64,000 nt of DNA, from the NCBI GenBank assembly GCA_963691875.1, contig OY829846.1, positions 2,464,001-2,528,000 on the forward strand, read 5' to 3'. Position 1 is the first letter of the stretch, and every line of letters begins with the position of its first letter. Both the position numbers and the translations under genes were made by a program. This document shows, one piece after another, positions 9,568-19,710 of the stretch. Under the pieces are notes generated by a model. It saw only the letters and a list, made by a program, of their open reading frames with translations. It ran no database searches and was not told where the DNA came from. Origin of the DNA: Aureliella sp. (GTDB lineage Bacteria > Planctomycetota > Planctomycetia > Pirellulales > Pirellulaceae).

Positions 9568-10554
9568 CTAACGCCCCGCGAGAATCTTAGACGCCGCTTT
9601 TGCAGCTTCCGTACCAGCAAAATCTTCCGTGATCTGCTGCAACATCGCTAATGCTCTTTTCTGCGCTGATGGTGATCGGGAGCTCCCAACTTTGCGAGCC
9701 TGCTCCAGTTTCGTAACAGCGGCCAGTTCATTCTTGACCTCAGCTGTTCTCTGCAAACGCTTCACGTCCACAGAAACACTTGCCGGCAAATCGAATCCTT
9801 TGAAGCGAGTTTCAAGGGTGCTGAGCATTTGAAACGCTTCCCAAGATTCACCGGCCTTGTTGGCCTCCTCTGCCATTTGAAGCTGCGAGTCCATCTGCTG
9901 CTGGACATAATCTTTCAGCAGCCCAACGGCTTCTTTGACTTCAGGCTTGTTTGATCTCCCAAATCGCTTCAAACCCACGGACGCATCGGAGAAACTACCG
10001 AATTCAACATGCATCCAAGTGGCCTGTAACTCGGACGGCATCTTCTTCGGATCGACGTTCCATTTCGCGCCCGCAAGTGCTCGTTTCGCTGCCGAATCCA
10101 AGTCCGATGCATTGGCTCGTATGAATTCTCCATCTGAGGTCAGCACTCGAGCCTGCCAAATGTTCTTCAAGCTAATCTCGCCGACGTTTGACGCGACTTC
10201 AAAAGACCGATCAGCATCGACGATCACTGGCCAGGAGATCTGATGCTTTCGCAGATATTGAGCCACCTTGGTTGCTGACTGTCCAGAATTTACCCCGATA
10301 AATGCAAGGGGTTCCCCGCGATACTTTCCGGCGACCGCCAGAAGCTCAGGCCAACGACCTGCACAGCGTGGTCAGCTCTCTTCGAAGTAGTAGAAGACAG
10401 CCCCCTTCCCCTGAAGAGCGGCAGTCGAAATCGGAGATGCATTCAGCCATTGTGCTGGGTGCTGTGGTAGCGATATCGCTGGCTCCGAAGTGCTCTGCGC
10501 CAGCGTTGCTGTTGCGGTGCAAACTAGACTCAGCAAGAGAAAGATTGTTTTCAC
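9568..10554 (-). CDS. Probable selenoprotein: exported thioredoxin-fold (redoxin-like) protein with UxxC motif, about 328 aa
   Basis: ORFs 10372..10554 and 9568..10266 are in frame and separated by one TGA (10374-10372): YYFEES-U-PRC-AGRWPELL..FIGVNSG..WPVIVD; SECIS-like hairpin just downstream. Confidence 0.8.
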
Positions 10555-10581
10555 GGGAATCAGAGCCCTATGGTATCAGTT

Positions 10582-11526
10582 TCAAGAATTGCGATTCGCT
10601 TGATCCAAATAGCATAACTGATGATACAGCATTTCGATTTTTGCAGGTCGCAAATTCACCGCCAGGGCAGCTCGCAGCGGGTTGCCAAAGATCGACTCCA
10701 CTTCGATCGGACGCTTCGCCTTGTAGTCCAAGAACATACTGCTGTCGTAAGGCAACATCTTCGCCGTCGCTTCTAACATCTTCTCGACGTGAGAAGAATT
10801 GATCTCCGTTCCGCAAGCCTTCGCTGCATGGACCACATCCCACATCAAGTCTTCCGCCAGCTTGCGGGTGGCAGGATCTCGCATGATCTTATCCGTGCTC
10901 GCACCCAGCACCACACTCAGACCGTTGAAAGGAATATTCCAGACCAGCTTCTTCCAACGCACCAGAGCAAGATTCTCCGAAGGCGTCATGTCGATCTCGG
11001 CGTACCGAAAAACTTCGGTGAGTCGCTCCATACGAGGCGTCACCTTGCCCGCGAGGGATTCAGCGTATTCACCAAAGACGATCGCACCGTAGTCCAGATG
11101 ATGGATGTGCCCTGGCCCGACTTTGTTGCTACACAAAAAGCAACAGCCGCCGAGCACATTCTCCGCCCCCACCATTGCCGCAGAGTCGGCCTCGACGTGT
11201 AGACCATTCTGCAGCACCAGCACAACTCCCTCCGGCTTCAGGATCTGTGCGAGTGCAGTCTTCAAGGCGGAATTGGCGGTCGTCTTCCAAGCCACAATCG
11301 CGACGTCTACCTGTGGCATCGAGTGCACAGAATCGTGAGCTTGGACCGGAATCTTGAAATCCGCAATCGGCGACTCGATCTTCAGCCCAGCGGAGCGTAC
11401 CTGCTCATAATCGCTCCGAACAAGAAAATGGACGTCCTGCCCCACCCGAGCCAACAACGCACCGTAGAGCCCTCCGAGAGCTCCTGTGCCCAAAATGGCG
11501 AAACTCAGTTTCTGTGGTTTCGACAT
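10582..11526 (-). CDS. panE: 2-dehydropantoate 2-reductase (ketopantoate reductase family)
   Basis: ILGTGALGG, LQNG, WKKLVWN, SSMFLD, EVESIFG motifs. Confidence 0.88.
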   Translation of the reverse strand: MSKPQKLSFAILGTGALGGLYGALLARVGQDVHFLVRSDYEQVRSAGLKIESPIADFKIPVQAHDSVHSMPQVDVAIVAWKTTANSALKTALAQILKPEGVVLVLQNGLHVEADSAAMVGAENVLGGCCFLCSNKVGPGHIHHLDYGAIVFGEYAESLAGKVTPRMERLTEVFRYAEIDMTPSENLALVRWKKLVWNIPFNGLSVVLGASTDKIMRDPATRKLAEDLMWDVVHAAKACGTEINSSHVEKMLEATAKMLPYDSSMFLDYKAKRPIEVESIFGNPLRAALAVNLRPAKIEMLYHQLCYLDQANRNS

Positions 11527-11730
11527 GGCGAGGAACCTAAGGAGAGAATTGCTACTGGACAAATGACCAGGATTTTAGCGATTTTCATCAGTCTGAACGA
11601 ACCGAGAGAATGCGTCCTGAGTCCAACAAGACAGATTCTAGATTGCGACTCGAACTGCTTGTAGAGTGGGGAGTCATGGACCTTCGGGCCAACTCGATAT
11701 TTCAGCCGCATCGGCATTGGCCACACTTGT

Positions 11731-11798
11731 CGCGTATTTTTGCGTTGCGCATATTTTTTCGTTGCGCGTATTTTTTCGTTGCGCGTATTTTTTCGTTG
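11731..11798. repeat. Tandem repeat, 4 x 17 bp (CGCGTATTTTTTCGTTG)
   Basis: Units at 11731, 11748, 11765 and 11782; the first two have one mismatch each. Confidence 0.95.
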
Positions 11799-11872
11799 CG
11801 AAAGGCTGTCCAAGAAACCCGCCAAGGACGCATTGCGGTAACTGGGGCAATCGTTTAGAGTTTTCATCCATC

Positions 11873-11947
11873 CGGGGTGTAGCGCAGCCTGGCTAGCGCA
11901 TCTGCTTTGGGAGCAGAGGGTCGTAGGTTCGAATCCTATCACCCCGA
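11873..11947 (+). tRNA. tRNA-Pro (TGG)
   Basis: CGGGGTG/CACCCCG acceptor stem, TCTGC-TTTGGGA-GCAGA anticodon arm, GTTCGAATC T-loop; CCA not encoded. Confidence 0.97.
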
Positions 11948-12135
11948 CTTTATCCTAAATACAGCTCGTCGCGATTGTTCGTGGCGAGCTGTTTTTCTCT
12001 GAAATGCAACGGTTTACGCTGTTTCCTTGACGGTCCCTGCCAGTTCAAACCGCCATCCAAATCGCGCAGACTTTGAGTCGCATCTTCCGTAAGGAATTGG
12101 TTTGAAACCATTTAGCGAGTTCAAATCCCGTCGCC
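11937..12135 (+). repeat. tRNA-Pro-3'-associated repeat, copy A
   Basis: Shares an exact 18-mer (11982-11999) and an exact 30-mer (12106-12135) with 20943-21128. Confidence 0.85.
11961..11997 (+). terminator. Intrinsic terminator after the tRNA
   Basis: ACAGCTCG..CGAGCTGT stem followed by TTTT. Confidence 0.75.
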
Positions 12136-12483
12136 CCATTCGAAAGACTCGTCGCGAAGGATCGGCGCTCCCGATCCAGCAAGGGGTTGGTACATGCCGT
12201 CGGGTTGCGCCGTCGTAACTACTGAGGTTGGATTTGCCTCCGCGCCGACGCCCAACGCTGAGGATAATGAAACCTCCAACAGCTAGCAGATTCAGAAGGT
12301 CGCAGTGGTCGTGATCACCTCAGACACTCTGACCTCGCGCGAGCGTCCCAGGTGGCTTAGGTATGTCGACAATCCCGCGCCGGCGAAAGGTGCGAATCTG
12401 CTTACGCCTCGCCAAGAGTGAACGAATTCAGGAATTTCTCGAAATCCCTGTCCAATTCTTGGTAGAAGACGCGGAATCTCACC

Positions 12484-13005
12484 ATGGAGACAAATGAAGA
12501 TCACGAACGATACACCCGGCTGCTCATTGAATATGAGCCGGAACTGCTCCGGTGCATTCTGGTCGCCGTACCGAATCGGTCGGATGCTCGCGACATTTTG
12601 CAGGAGTGCTCTGTGTCGCTTTGGCGAAAGTTCGGAAACTACGAGCCAGATCGCCCTTTTGTTCCGTGGGCTTTGGGCTTCGTCAGAATCGAGATTCGAC
12701 GCTTCTTAAGAAAGTCTGCAAATCGCAGGCAGTTGACCGAACGCGCGGCAGAATTGCTCTTGGAAGATCAGAAAGAGGCGATAGCTGCACTCGATCATCG
12801 GGAAACTCACTTGCAGAAGTGCCTTGAACTTCTTTCAGAACGACAGCAGGCACTGGTCAACGGATACTACCGAATGGATTACTCGGCAAGTGACTTGTCG
12901 CAGCGAACAGGACGAACTGTCGACGCGATCTACAAATCGCTGCAACGAATACGCCGTTCGCTCCATGATTGCATTGAAGCCAAAATGCGAGGTGCACAAG
13001 CATGA
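12484..13005 (+). CDS. ECF sigma-70 factor (Rhodopirellula/Verrucomicrobium type), module 1
   Basis: DARDILQE..LWRKF..FVPWA (sigma2); LQKCLELL..YKSLQRIRRSLHDCI (sigma4). Confidence 0.93.
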   Translation: METNEDHERYTRLLIEYEPELLRCILVAVPNRSDARDILQECSVSLWRKFGNYEPDRPFVPWALGFVRIEIRRFLRKSANRRQLTERAAELLLEDQKEAIAALDHRETHLQKCLELLSERQQALVNGYYRMDYSASDLSQRTGRTVDAIYKSLQRIRRSLHDCIEAKMRGAQA

Positions 13006-14417
13006 ATCGCGAGAATAGCGAATACTGGCAAGAGTTGATTCAACGGCATTTGGATGGAATCGCCAACGACAAAGAAGTCACAAGGTTGTCCGAAAAGCTG
13101 GAGTCTTGTTCGGAGACCCGGTCACTGTATTTGAAATTGCAGCAGATCCACGCGAGTCTCGTTAGCGGTGAATTCAATAAGTCATTGCCCCATGATTCAG
13201 AGGCTCGTGCACTCAAGTCGATCTCAGATCTCGAAAGATCCAGTCACATTCTGCGAAAGCGACGTTTCCTCTTTACACTTGGCTCAATTGCGGCGGCCGT
13301 GTTGGTGATATTCGGTAGCTGGCCGCTCTGGATTGGTCGGCCCGAAACGATTGTGGAAATCACATACATCCAGGGCGACATCCAGTGGACCGGTGATGGC
13401 GGAAACGTCATCGAAGAATTGGAGGAGGGGCAAGCGTTGACTGGCGGCACGATAGAGACGCGATCTATCAATTCAGCTGTCGAACTATGTTTTCGGGACG
13501 GAACGATCGTTTCGACATCAGGTGGTTCGGTGTTAACGATTGCCGATGATGGTCAAAAGAAACTTTACCTTCGCTCAGGAATTCTCTCGGCCGATGTAGA
13601 GGAACAGCCGGCGAAACGTCCCATGGTTGTCATCACACCGACGGCTCGTCTTGAAGTCCTGGGAACCCGGTTTGACGTGATGGCTAATCCTGAGCGATCG
13701 AAAGTCTCCGTCCGGTATGGCTTGGTTCGCGCGGTCCGTTCGTTCGATGGCGAGTCGATCGACGTTGCGGGGGGGCATTCAGCAGTCGCCTCTTCCGATG
13801 TGCAACATGAGTTTTTGTCGAGACGATCTGATCAGGCAGTCCATGCCTGGAAAGCAAATTTGGAGCAAGATCGAAAGCAGGGCGAGGGCGAATTTGTATC
13901 AGCCATGTTCGCATTGCGAATGGAGATTCGCGAGGCGCTAGGAGCCGGGATAGTGACTCGCGAACAGGTTCGAGAGGTTTACGGCGATCGGCTGGCGGAG
14001 GCAGCGAATACCGAGGGCGTGTTGAAGGCCCAACCAAAACAGATACTTCAAAGCAAGTTTGGCAATGTCATTCAAATAGCCACGCTGTACGTCAATCGGG
14101 ATAAACCGAATCCAGTTGTCTTAAACAAACAGAGCGTGTTGCGAGTCCAGGGGAAAGTGGCTGTAGCAACGGAAATTCACATTGGTTTTGGAGCCTTTGG
14201 AACGACCCGCGCTAGTGCAGGACGTTTTCTCACCTCGCGAAATGTAGCGGGGGAATTTGATGTGGAAATTCCTGTCGATCAGTTTCAACCGTTTCGTGGT
14301 CGTAGTGCAACAGATTCAGCCATTGGAATGGAGCTATTTGCCTGTTTTGGCTTGACCTCCGATGCGAATGCTGAGCTTGAGATTTCAGCTGTGGAATTAA
14401 AACCAGCTTCAAACTAG
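13002..14417 (+). CDS. FecR-domain anti-sigma factor, module 1
   Basis: 4-bp overlap with the sigma gene; one TM helix; TPTARLEVLGTRF FecR motif. Confidence 0.9.
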   Translation: MNRENSEYWQELIQRHLDGIANDKEVTRLSEKLESCSETRSLYLKLQQIHASLVSGEFNKSLPHDSEARALKSISDLERSSHILRKRRFLFTLGSIAAAVLVIFGSWPLWIGRPETIVEITYIQGDIQWTGDGGNVIEELEEGQALTGGTIETRSINSAVELCFRDGTIVSTSGGSVLTIADDGQKKLYLRSGILSADVEEQPAKRPMVVITPTARLEVLGTRFDVMANPERSKVSVRYGLVRAVRSFDGESIDVAGGHSAVASSDVQHEFLSRRSDQAVHAWKANLEQDRKQGEGEFVSAMFALRMEIREALGAGIVTREQVREVYGDRLAEAANTEGVLKAQPKQILQSKFGNVIQIATLYVNRDKPNPVVLNKQSVLRVQGKVAVATEIHIGFGAFGTTRASAGRFLTSRNVAGEFDVEIPVDQFQPFRGRSATDSAIGMELFACFGLTSDANAELEISAVELKPASN

Positions 14418-14447
14418 ATCAAACCTGTACACATCAATATCTTTCAA

Positions 14448-15761
14448 TTGGAGCACCTAAAACAGATGATAATCAATCAGCAAACGCGATCGGTATTTTG
14501 GCTGTGTGTGGCACTATTCGTCGCTTGCGTTTACGCGAACATTTCGCTGAACCCGTCTTTTGCCCAAGAGATCAAATACGAAGATCGCATCGGCTCAAAC
14601 AGAGACTTCGACATGTGCGAGGACTTCCGTTTCAAGCGACTCACCAATCTGGTCAAAGACGGGAAAATATCCCAACAACAGGGCTACAACATCTGGAAAC
14701 GCACCCAATCAGACAAAGAGGTTGTTAAGAAGATCCTTGGCGACGCTGTTGCGGCCAATGAGTTGACGCAGGATCAAGCCGCCCGACTACTTCCCTTGAT
14801 CGACGCAGAAATGGTTTATTTCGACAGCAAACATGGACGCTTCGGTAAGCCGAAAGAACTTGACGAGGGACAGTTCGAAGCAGGCGAAGTCACCGCAATG
14901 AATCGTTCTGCAGTCTATAAGCGACTGGTCACTGCGAATGAACGCGGCGAGATGTACGACTATGATGTAGCGTCGATCATGAAGCAACTTTATGCTGGCT
15001 TCGACGATGGAAAAGCTTCTGCCCGAGAAGTCGCCGAATACCGAGGCGCCTTAAACCCGCGAATCGCTCAGAGCGGTTCCCAAGCTCGCGTTCTTCAAAA
15101 TGTCCAAAGCCAACGAGATCGCAGCAAGCAAAAAGGCTACGCGTCGACAAAAATCAAAATCACCGATCCGGCTGAATGGACCAAAGGTCTTGAAAAACCG
15201 ATCTACTCTGGCCCACAGCCAGGTGAAAAAGTTCCCTCGTTGATAGCGGTCAATATACGCGGGGAATTGGCTGGTCAGGAATTTGATCCTGTCGAATTGG
15301 CTGGTGACAAGCTCCATCTCATGTTCTTCGTCAGTAAGTCGCGCACTTTCGGCCGCTTCCTTGGACAGCTAAGGAATCAACTTCAGGCCATTGAAGAAAA
15401 CTCAAAACAGCCCTGGGCGATGTCAGTCATTGTCTGCACCGACGACGCCAATGAGGCTCAGAAAAGTTTCACGGTGCTTGACCAACGCTATCCCAAAAAC
15501 CTTGTTGTGGGTTTGTCCAAGGACGGCTCGGCTGGGCCTCCTGCCTTCGGCCTGGACAAGAATCTCACCGCGACGGTCATCGTTGCCAAGAATGGCACAG
15601 TCGCACACAACTTACCCTACGCGGGCAACGCGTTCTACACGCAACCCCACATTCTTGGTGCGATCGCCAGGGCGATGGAAGTCGATCACGAGACCCTTCG
15701 CAAGTACATCGCCGGTACGCCTGGCGATGAAGCAACTCAGGCTTATCGTCGAGGCAAGTAG
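14448..15761 (+). CDS. Secreted hypothetical protein with helical repeats and a C-terminal redoxin-like region lacking CxxC
   Basis: Signal peptide; SGPQPGEKVP..; GPPAFGLDKNLTATVIVAK; start may be the ATG at 14466. Confidence 0.75.
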   Translation: MEHLKQMIINQQTRSVFWLCVALFVACVYANISLNPSFAQEIKYEDRIGSNRDFDMCEDFRFKRLTNLVKDGKISQQQGYNIWKRTQSDKEVVKKILGDAVAANELTQDQAARLLPLIDAEMVYFDSKHGRFGKPKELDEGQFEAGEVTAMNRSAVYKRLVTANERGEMYDYDVASIMKQLYAGFDDGKASAREVAEYRGALNPRIAQSGSQARVLQNVQSQRDRSKQKGYASTKIKITDPAEWTKGLEKPIYSGPQPGEKVPSLIAVNIRGELAGQEFDPVELAGDKLHLMFFVSKSRTFGRFLGQLRNQLQAIEENSKQPWAMSVIVCTDDANEAQKSFTVLDQRYPKNLVVGLSKDGSAGPPAFGLDKNLTATVIVAKNGTVAHNLPYAGNAFYTQPHILGAIARAMEVDHETLRKYIAGTPGDEATQAYRRGK

Positions 15762-16013
15762 GGAAGCAAAGAAAAATCAAAAGCGCCGCCAAACAGATGT
15801 TTTCGCAAGAAACTTACTCCATTAGCGCTTAGCGAAAAGATCACGCGAGCTGAAGAAGCAGAATTGTTTCAACTGTCAGGCGACGCAACAGCTCTATGTT
15901 CAAAGGTTGAATAACTCGTGAAAGCCAAGAAACTCACTCGTGAAGACGCGAAGGAACTGCTGAGAGATGACCAAGTGGATAGCGGAAATAGTCGAAGCGA
16001 ACGCGATCATTAA
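15762..16013 (+). pseudogene. Decayed in-frame C-terminal extension of the upstream gene
   Basis: Reading through the TAG gives FRKKLTPLALSEKITRAEEAELF..KVE*LVKAKKLTREDAKELL, two more copies of the locus motif. Confidence 0.65.
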
Positions 16014-16063
16014 TGACGGGAACCAACGCTCCTTCCGCTCAACTCAACGTGGACAACGACTGA

Positions 16064-18244
16064 ATGATGAGAATTATATTTGCCATCTTGATGGCTGTTT
16101 TGATGGGCGTAATGCCCAACGTCACTCCGGCTGTCGGTGCTGAAGGCAAGGGCGGGACGCGCGACGAAGCCGTCGACTTCAAGAACGATTTGATTCCCAT
16201 GTTTACGAAGTTGGGGTGCAACGCCGGGAAATGCCACGGCTCAGCGATTGGGCGCGGTGATTTCAAGTTGTCGCTATACGGAGGAACGCCAGAAGCCGAC
16301 TATGACGAGATTGTGCGGAGATTGGGCGGACGGCGCATTGACTTGAACGCCCCCGAGTCGAGTCTCATCTACCAAAAGCCGGCTGAATTTGTCGAGCACG
16401 GTGGCGGCACGATTATCGACGACGACGATCAAAACGCTCATTTGTTAACCAAGTGGATTGAACAGGGGGCAAAGTATGTCGAACATCGCCAGCTGAAACG
16501 TGTCGACGTGATTCCGAATAGGTTTGTTGCGACCAAAGTCGGTGCCGAAACACCGTTGAAAGTCGTGGCTCACTACGACGATGGTTTAACTCGTGTTGTT
16601 ACGAACCTGACCCAATTTGTCGCCGATGATGCATCGGCGGTCACCATCGATAGCGACAGCGCGACTGCCAAGGTCGTACGTCCTGGTCGGCACATCGTAA
16701 TTGCGAGGTACTCGACCGAAGTCATTCCGATCGAAATTTTGGTCCCAATCACTGAGTCGGTTGTCGACCTCTCTTCCGAGCCTCGCGACAACTATGTGGA
16801 CAAGGAGATTTTCAATTCGCTCTCCGAGCTACGTTTGCCGGTTTCGCCGCCAGTTGACGACCCAACCTTTCTGCGCCGTATCACGCTGGACCTGACCGGG
16901 CAGTTGCCTGAATACAAAAGCGAAACCCATTCAGGGCGTTTGAATCGAGAAGCGGTCGTCGATGCATTGCTCGCCTCTGAGGAGTTTGTCGATTTCTATA
17001 CCTTGAAATTGGCCAAGCTCCTGAGAGTTCAATCCAAGATTGACAAGAACAAAGTCACCACGACTCCTGAAGCGGCACGGGCCTTTCACGATTGGCTCGC
17101 CAAGCAATTGCGTGTTGGCACGGGCTATAACGAGATGGCCCGAAAAATAATTACCGCTACTGGCGACTCGTCCCAGTATGGTCCCGCAACCTTTTTCACT
17201 TTGGTTGAAGATCCAAGACTGCAAACGGAATTCGTCACCGAGGTTTTCATGGGAAGCCGGATGAAGTGCGCCAACTGTCACAACCATCCACTCGACAAAT
17301 GGACACAAGATGATTTCCATGGCCTGACTGCGATGTTCTCCAAGCTCACGCGAAGCCAAGTCATTCGGCTCAACCCCATTGGCAAGAACATCCACCCGAA
17401 TACCGGAGAAGCTGCCTCGATGAAGATTCCCGGGGGGGATTTTCTACCAAAGGATACGAACGATGGGCGAGAAGCGTTTGCTGACTGGCTGACCGCGCGC
17501 GAAAACCCATACTTTGCCAAGGCGATCGTTAACCGGTTATGGAAATCGCTGATGGGGCGAGGCCTGGTGGAGCCAGTCGACGATTTCCGTTCAACCAACC
17601 CCGCAACCCACCCGGCATTGCTCAATCAATTGGCTGACGACTTCAGCGAGAACGGCTATGACATTCGCCATACTTTGAAAGTCATCGCGATGAGTTCGGC
17701 GTATGCCCGTAGTTCGATTCCGGTCGAAGGAAACCAGACAGATAATCGGTTTTATTCGCACATGGTCCATAAGCCGCTCGAACCTGAGGTAGTCGCGGAT
17801 GCAATCTCAGACGTGCTGGGGGTGGCAGCCCAATATGGCGATGAAATCCCGGGAACGCGTGCTGTCGAACTGCGCGATGGAGCCATTCAATCCGACACAC
17901 TCGACATTCTTGGTCGTTGTAACCGATCCAGCTCCTGCGAAGGAGCACCCTCGCCAACCGGGCCGTTGGCACAAAAGCTTCACCTTTTCAACGGGGAACT
18001 GTTGAACAGCAGAATCAGCGCAGAAGGTGGGCGACTCGACAAGCTGATCAAATCCAAAAAAACGCCGATGGAAATTGTCGACGAGTTTTACCAGGTTGCA
18101 TTGAATCGACAGCCTAACAAGCAAGAAATCAAATTCCTTTCTCAACTGTTCGACGACAAAAAAACTTCCGCTTATCAAAGTGAATGTCTCGAAGATTTTG
18201 TCTGGAGCATCGTGACCAGCAAGGAATTTGCCATGAATCATTAA
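16064..18244 (+). CDS. DUF1549/DUF1553 (PSCyt2/PSD1) protein with Ig-like domain
   Basis: GCNAGKCHG, FLRRITLDLTG, CANCHNHP, NPYFAKAIVNRLW, NPATHPALL, EFAMNH. Confidence 0.93.
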   Translation: MMRIIFAILMAVLMGVMPNVTPAVGAEGKGGTRDEAVDFKNDLIPMFTKLGCNAGKCHGSAIGRGDFKLSLYGGTPEADYDEIVRRLGGRRIDLNAPESSLIYQKPAEFVEHGGGTIIDDDDQNAHLLTKWIEQGAKYVEHRQLKRVDVIPNRFVATKVGAETPLKVVAHYDDGLTRVVTNLTQFVADDASAVTIDSDSATAKVVRPGRHIVIARYSTEVIPIEILVPITESVVDLSSEPRDNYVDKEIFNSLSELRLPVSPPVDDPTFLRRITLDLTGQLPEYKSETHSGRLNREAVVDALLASEEFVDFYTLKLAKLLRVQSKIDKNKVTTTPEAARAFHDWLAKQLRVGTGYNEMARKIITATGDSSQYGPATFFTLVEDPRLQTEFVTEVFMGSRMKCANCHNHPLDKWTQDDFHGLTAMFSKLTRSQVIRLNPIGKNIHPNTGEAASMKIPGGDFLPKDTNDGREAFADWLTARENPYFAKAIVNRLWKSLMGRGLVEPVDDFRSTNPATHPALLNQLADDFSENGYDIRHTLKVIAMSSAYARSSIPVEGNQTDNRFYSHMVHKPLEPEVVADAISDVLGVAAQYGDEIPGTRAVELRDGAIQSDTLDILGRCNRSSSCEGAPSPTGPLAQKLHLFNGELLNSRISAEGGRLDKLIKSKKTPMEIVDEFYQVALNRQPNKQEIKFLSQLFDDKKTSAYQSECLEDFVWSIVTSKEFAMNH

Positions 18245-18327
18245 GACGCACGAAATATCGCCAGAAAACTGCTCAATGCTTCGAGTCCACAGAAGATGCA
18301 CCAAAACCAAACAAACGAAGAAGATTG

Positions 18328-19710
18328 ATGAACATATCCAAGCGATGCGACGGCGTTACTCGCCGCAATTTTGTCCGCGTCGGAGGCCTCACAGCCTTGG
18401 GACTGGGCATGGGTGATTTCTTCCGTTTACAACGAGCAATGGCGGCCAGCCCGATCTCTCATTCAAATAGAAAAGCCAAGGCCAAATCGTGCATTCTGAT
18501 TTGGCTTGACGGTGGAGCGAGCCATCTCGATACATTTGACCCCAAACCCAAGGCACCATCCGAAGTCCGCGGGCCGTTTGATTCAATCAACACCAAACTG
18601 ACCGGTATCCGCATCAGTGAACATCTGCGTCAGACTGCGAAGATGCTGGACAAGCTGGCTTTGATTCGCAGTGTGACCTCGCCGTTTGGAGTGCACAACT
18701 TCGCGATACAGTACTTGATGACTGGTTACAAACCAACTCCGGCAATTGAGTATCCCAGCATCGCTTCGGCGGTTGCCCATCTGCAACCAAACTCTGGCGT
18801 TTTGCCATCCAATATCGCGGTTCCAAATTTGATTTCACGTGACGCCGCATCGATCGGAAATGGGTTTCTTCCTAACAGCACCAAACATTTTTCTTTGGGC
18901 AGCGATCCCGGAAAGTCGAGCTACAAGGTTCGCGACCTGGATTTTTACCAAGGACTTGATCTTTCGCGGCTCGACCGCCGTCGCAAGATCGTCAATGCGA
19001 TGAACGAGTTCGGCAATCTGAAATCCAAAGCAAACGGTCCAAGCGATCCTGATTTAGAGCGTGCCTACAACCTGATCGCATCCAAGGAGGCCAAAACGGC
19101 GTTTAATCTGGAAGAAGAACCGATGAAGGTCCGTGAACGGTACACCATTGATCCACGGGCCAACCTCCAGGATTCCAATAACATTGGTCAACAATGCCTG
19201 CTGGCCCGGCGGCTGGTCGAACGAGGCGTTCCGTTTGTCACCGTGAACAATACCGGCTGGGATAACCATCTTGATTTGGCGACTTATGCAAACCGTCATC
19301 CAGGAGATCCCCGTTCGGCCTCGCATGCTCTGATACCAGGTCTGGATAAGGCACTTAGCGCGCTGATTGGAGATCTGTCTGATCGGGCGATGCTCGATGA
19401 AACGCTGGTTGTGGTCATGACGGATTTTGGCCGGACGCCAAAAATCAACAGCACAGGGGGCCGAGACCACTGGCCGAAGTGTTTCAGTGTGGCTATGGCA
19501 GGTGGTGGCGTGAAAAGTGGACAGGTGATCGGCGAAAGTGACTCGTTGGGCGAATTCGTCAAAGACCGGCCAATCACTCCCGGCGATCTTTCAGCAACAA
19601 TCTATGCGCTCCTTGGATTCGATCCCGGGTATGAATTGCATACGCCTGATGGCCGCCCCATTCGTCTCGCGCCGCAGGAGTCGAAAGTGATCAAGGAGTT
19701 GGTGGCATGA
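18328..19710 (+). CDS. DUF1501 protein, Tat-exported
   Basis: TRRNF; LIWLDGGASHLDTFDPKP; WDNH; FGRTPKIN..GRDHW. Confidence 0.94.
   Translation: MNISKRCDGVTRRNFVRVGGLTALGLGMGDFFRLQRAMAASPISHSNRKAKAKSCILIWLDGGASHLDTFDPKPKAPSEVRGPFDSINTKLTGIRISEHLRQTAKMLDKLALIRSVTSPFGVHNFAIQYLMTGYKPTPAIEYPSIASAVAHLQPNSGVLPSNIAVPNLISRDAASIGNGFLPNSTKHFSLGSDPGKSSYKVRDLDFYQGLDLSRLDRRRKIVNAMNEFGNLKSKANGPSDPDLERAYNLIASKEAKTAFNLEEEPMKVRERYTIDPRANLQDSNNIGQQCLLARRLVERGVPFVTVNNTGWDNHLDLATYANRHPGDPRSASHALIPGLDKALSALIGDLSDRAMLDETLVVVMTDFGRTPKINSTGGRDHWPKCFSVAMAGGGVKSGQVIGESDSLGEFVKDRPITPGDLSATIYALLGFDPGYELHTPDGRPIRLAPQESKVIKELVA

Noticed and set aside
11731..11798. CRISPR array
   Set aside because: Contiguous 17-bp units without spacers; no cas genes in the window
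11505..11942. ORFs overlapping the tRNA and VNTR
   Set aside because: Their repetitive translations come from the tandem repeat and tRNA
12106..12140. Second tRNA gene (also at 21099-21128)
   Set aside because: Only a T-arm and 3' acceptor-like part; no D or anticodon arm
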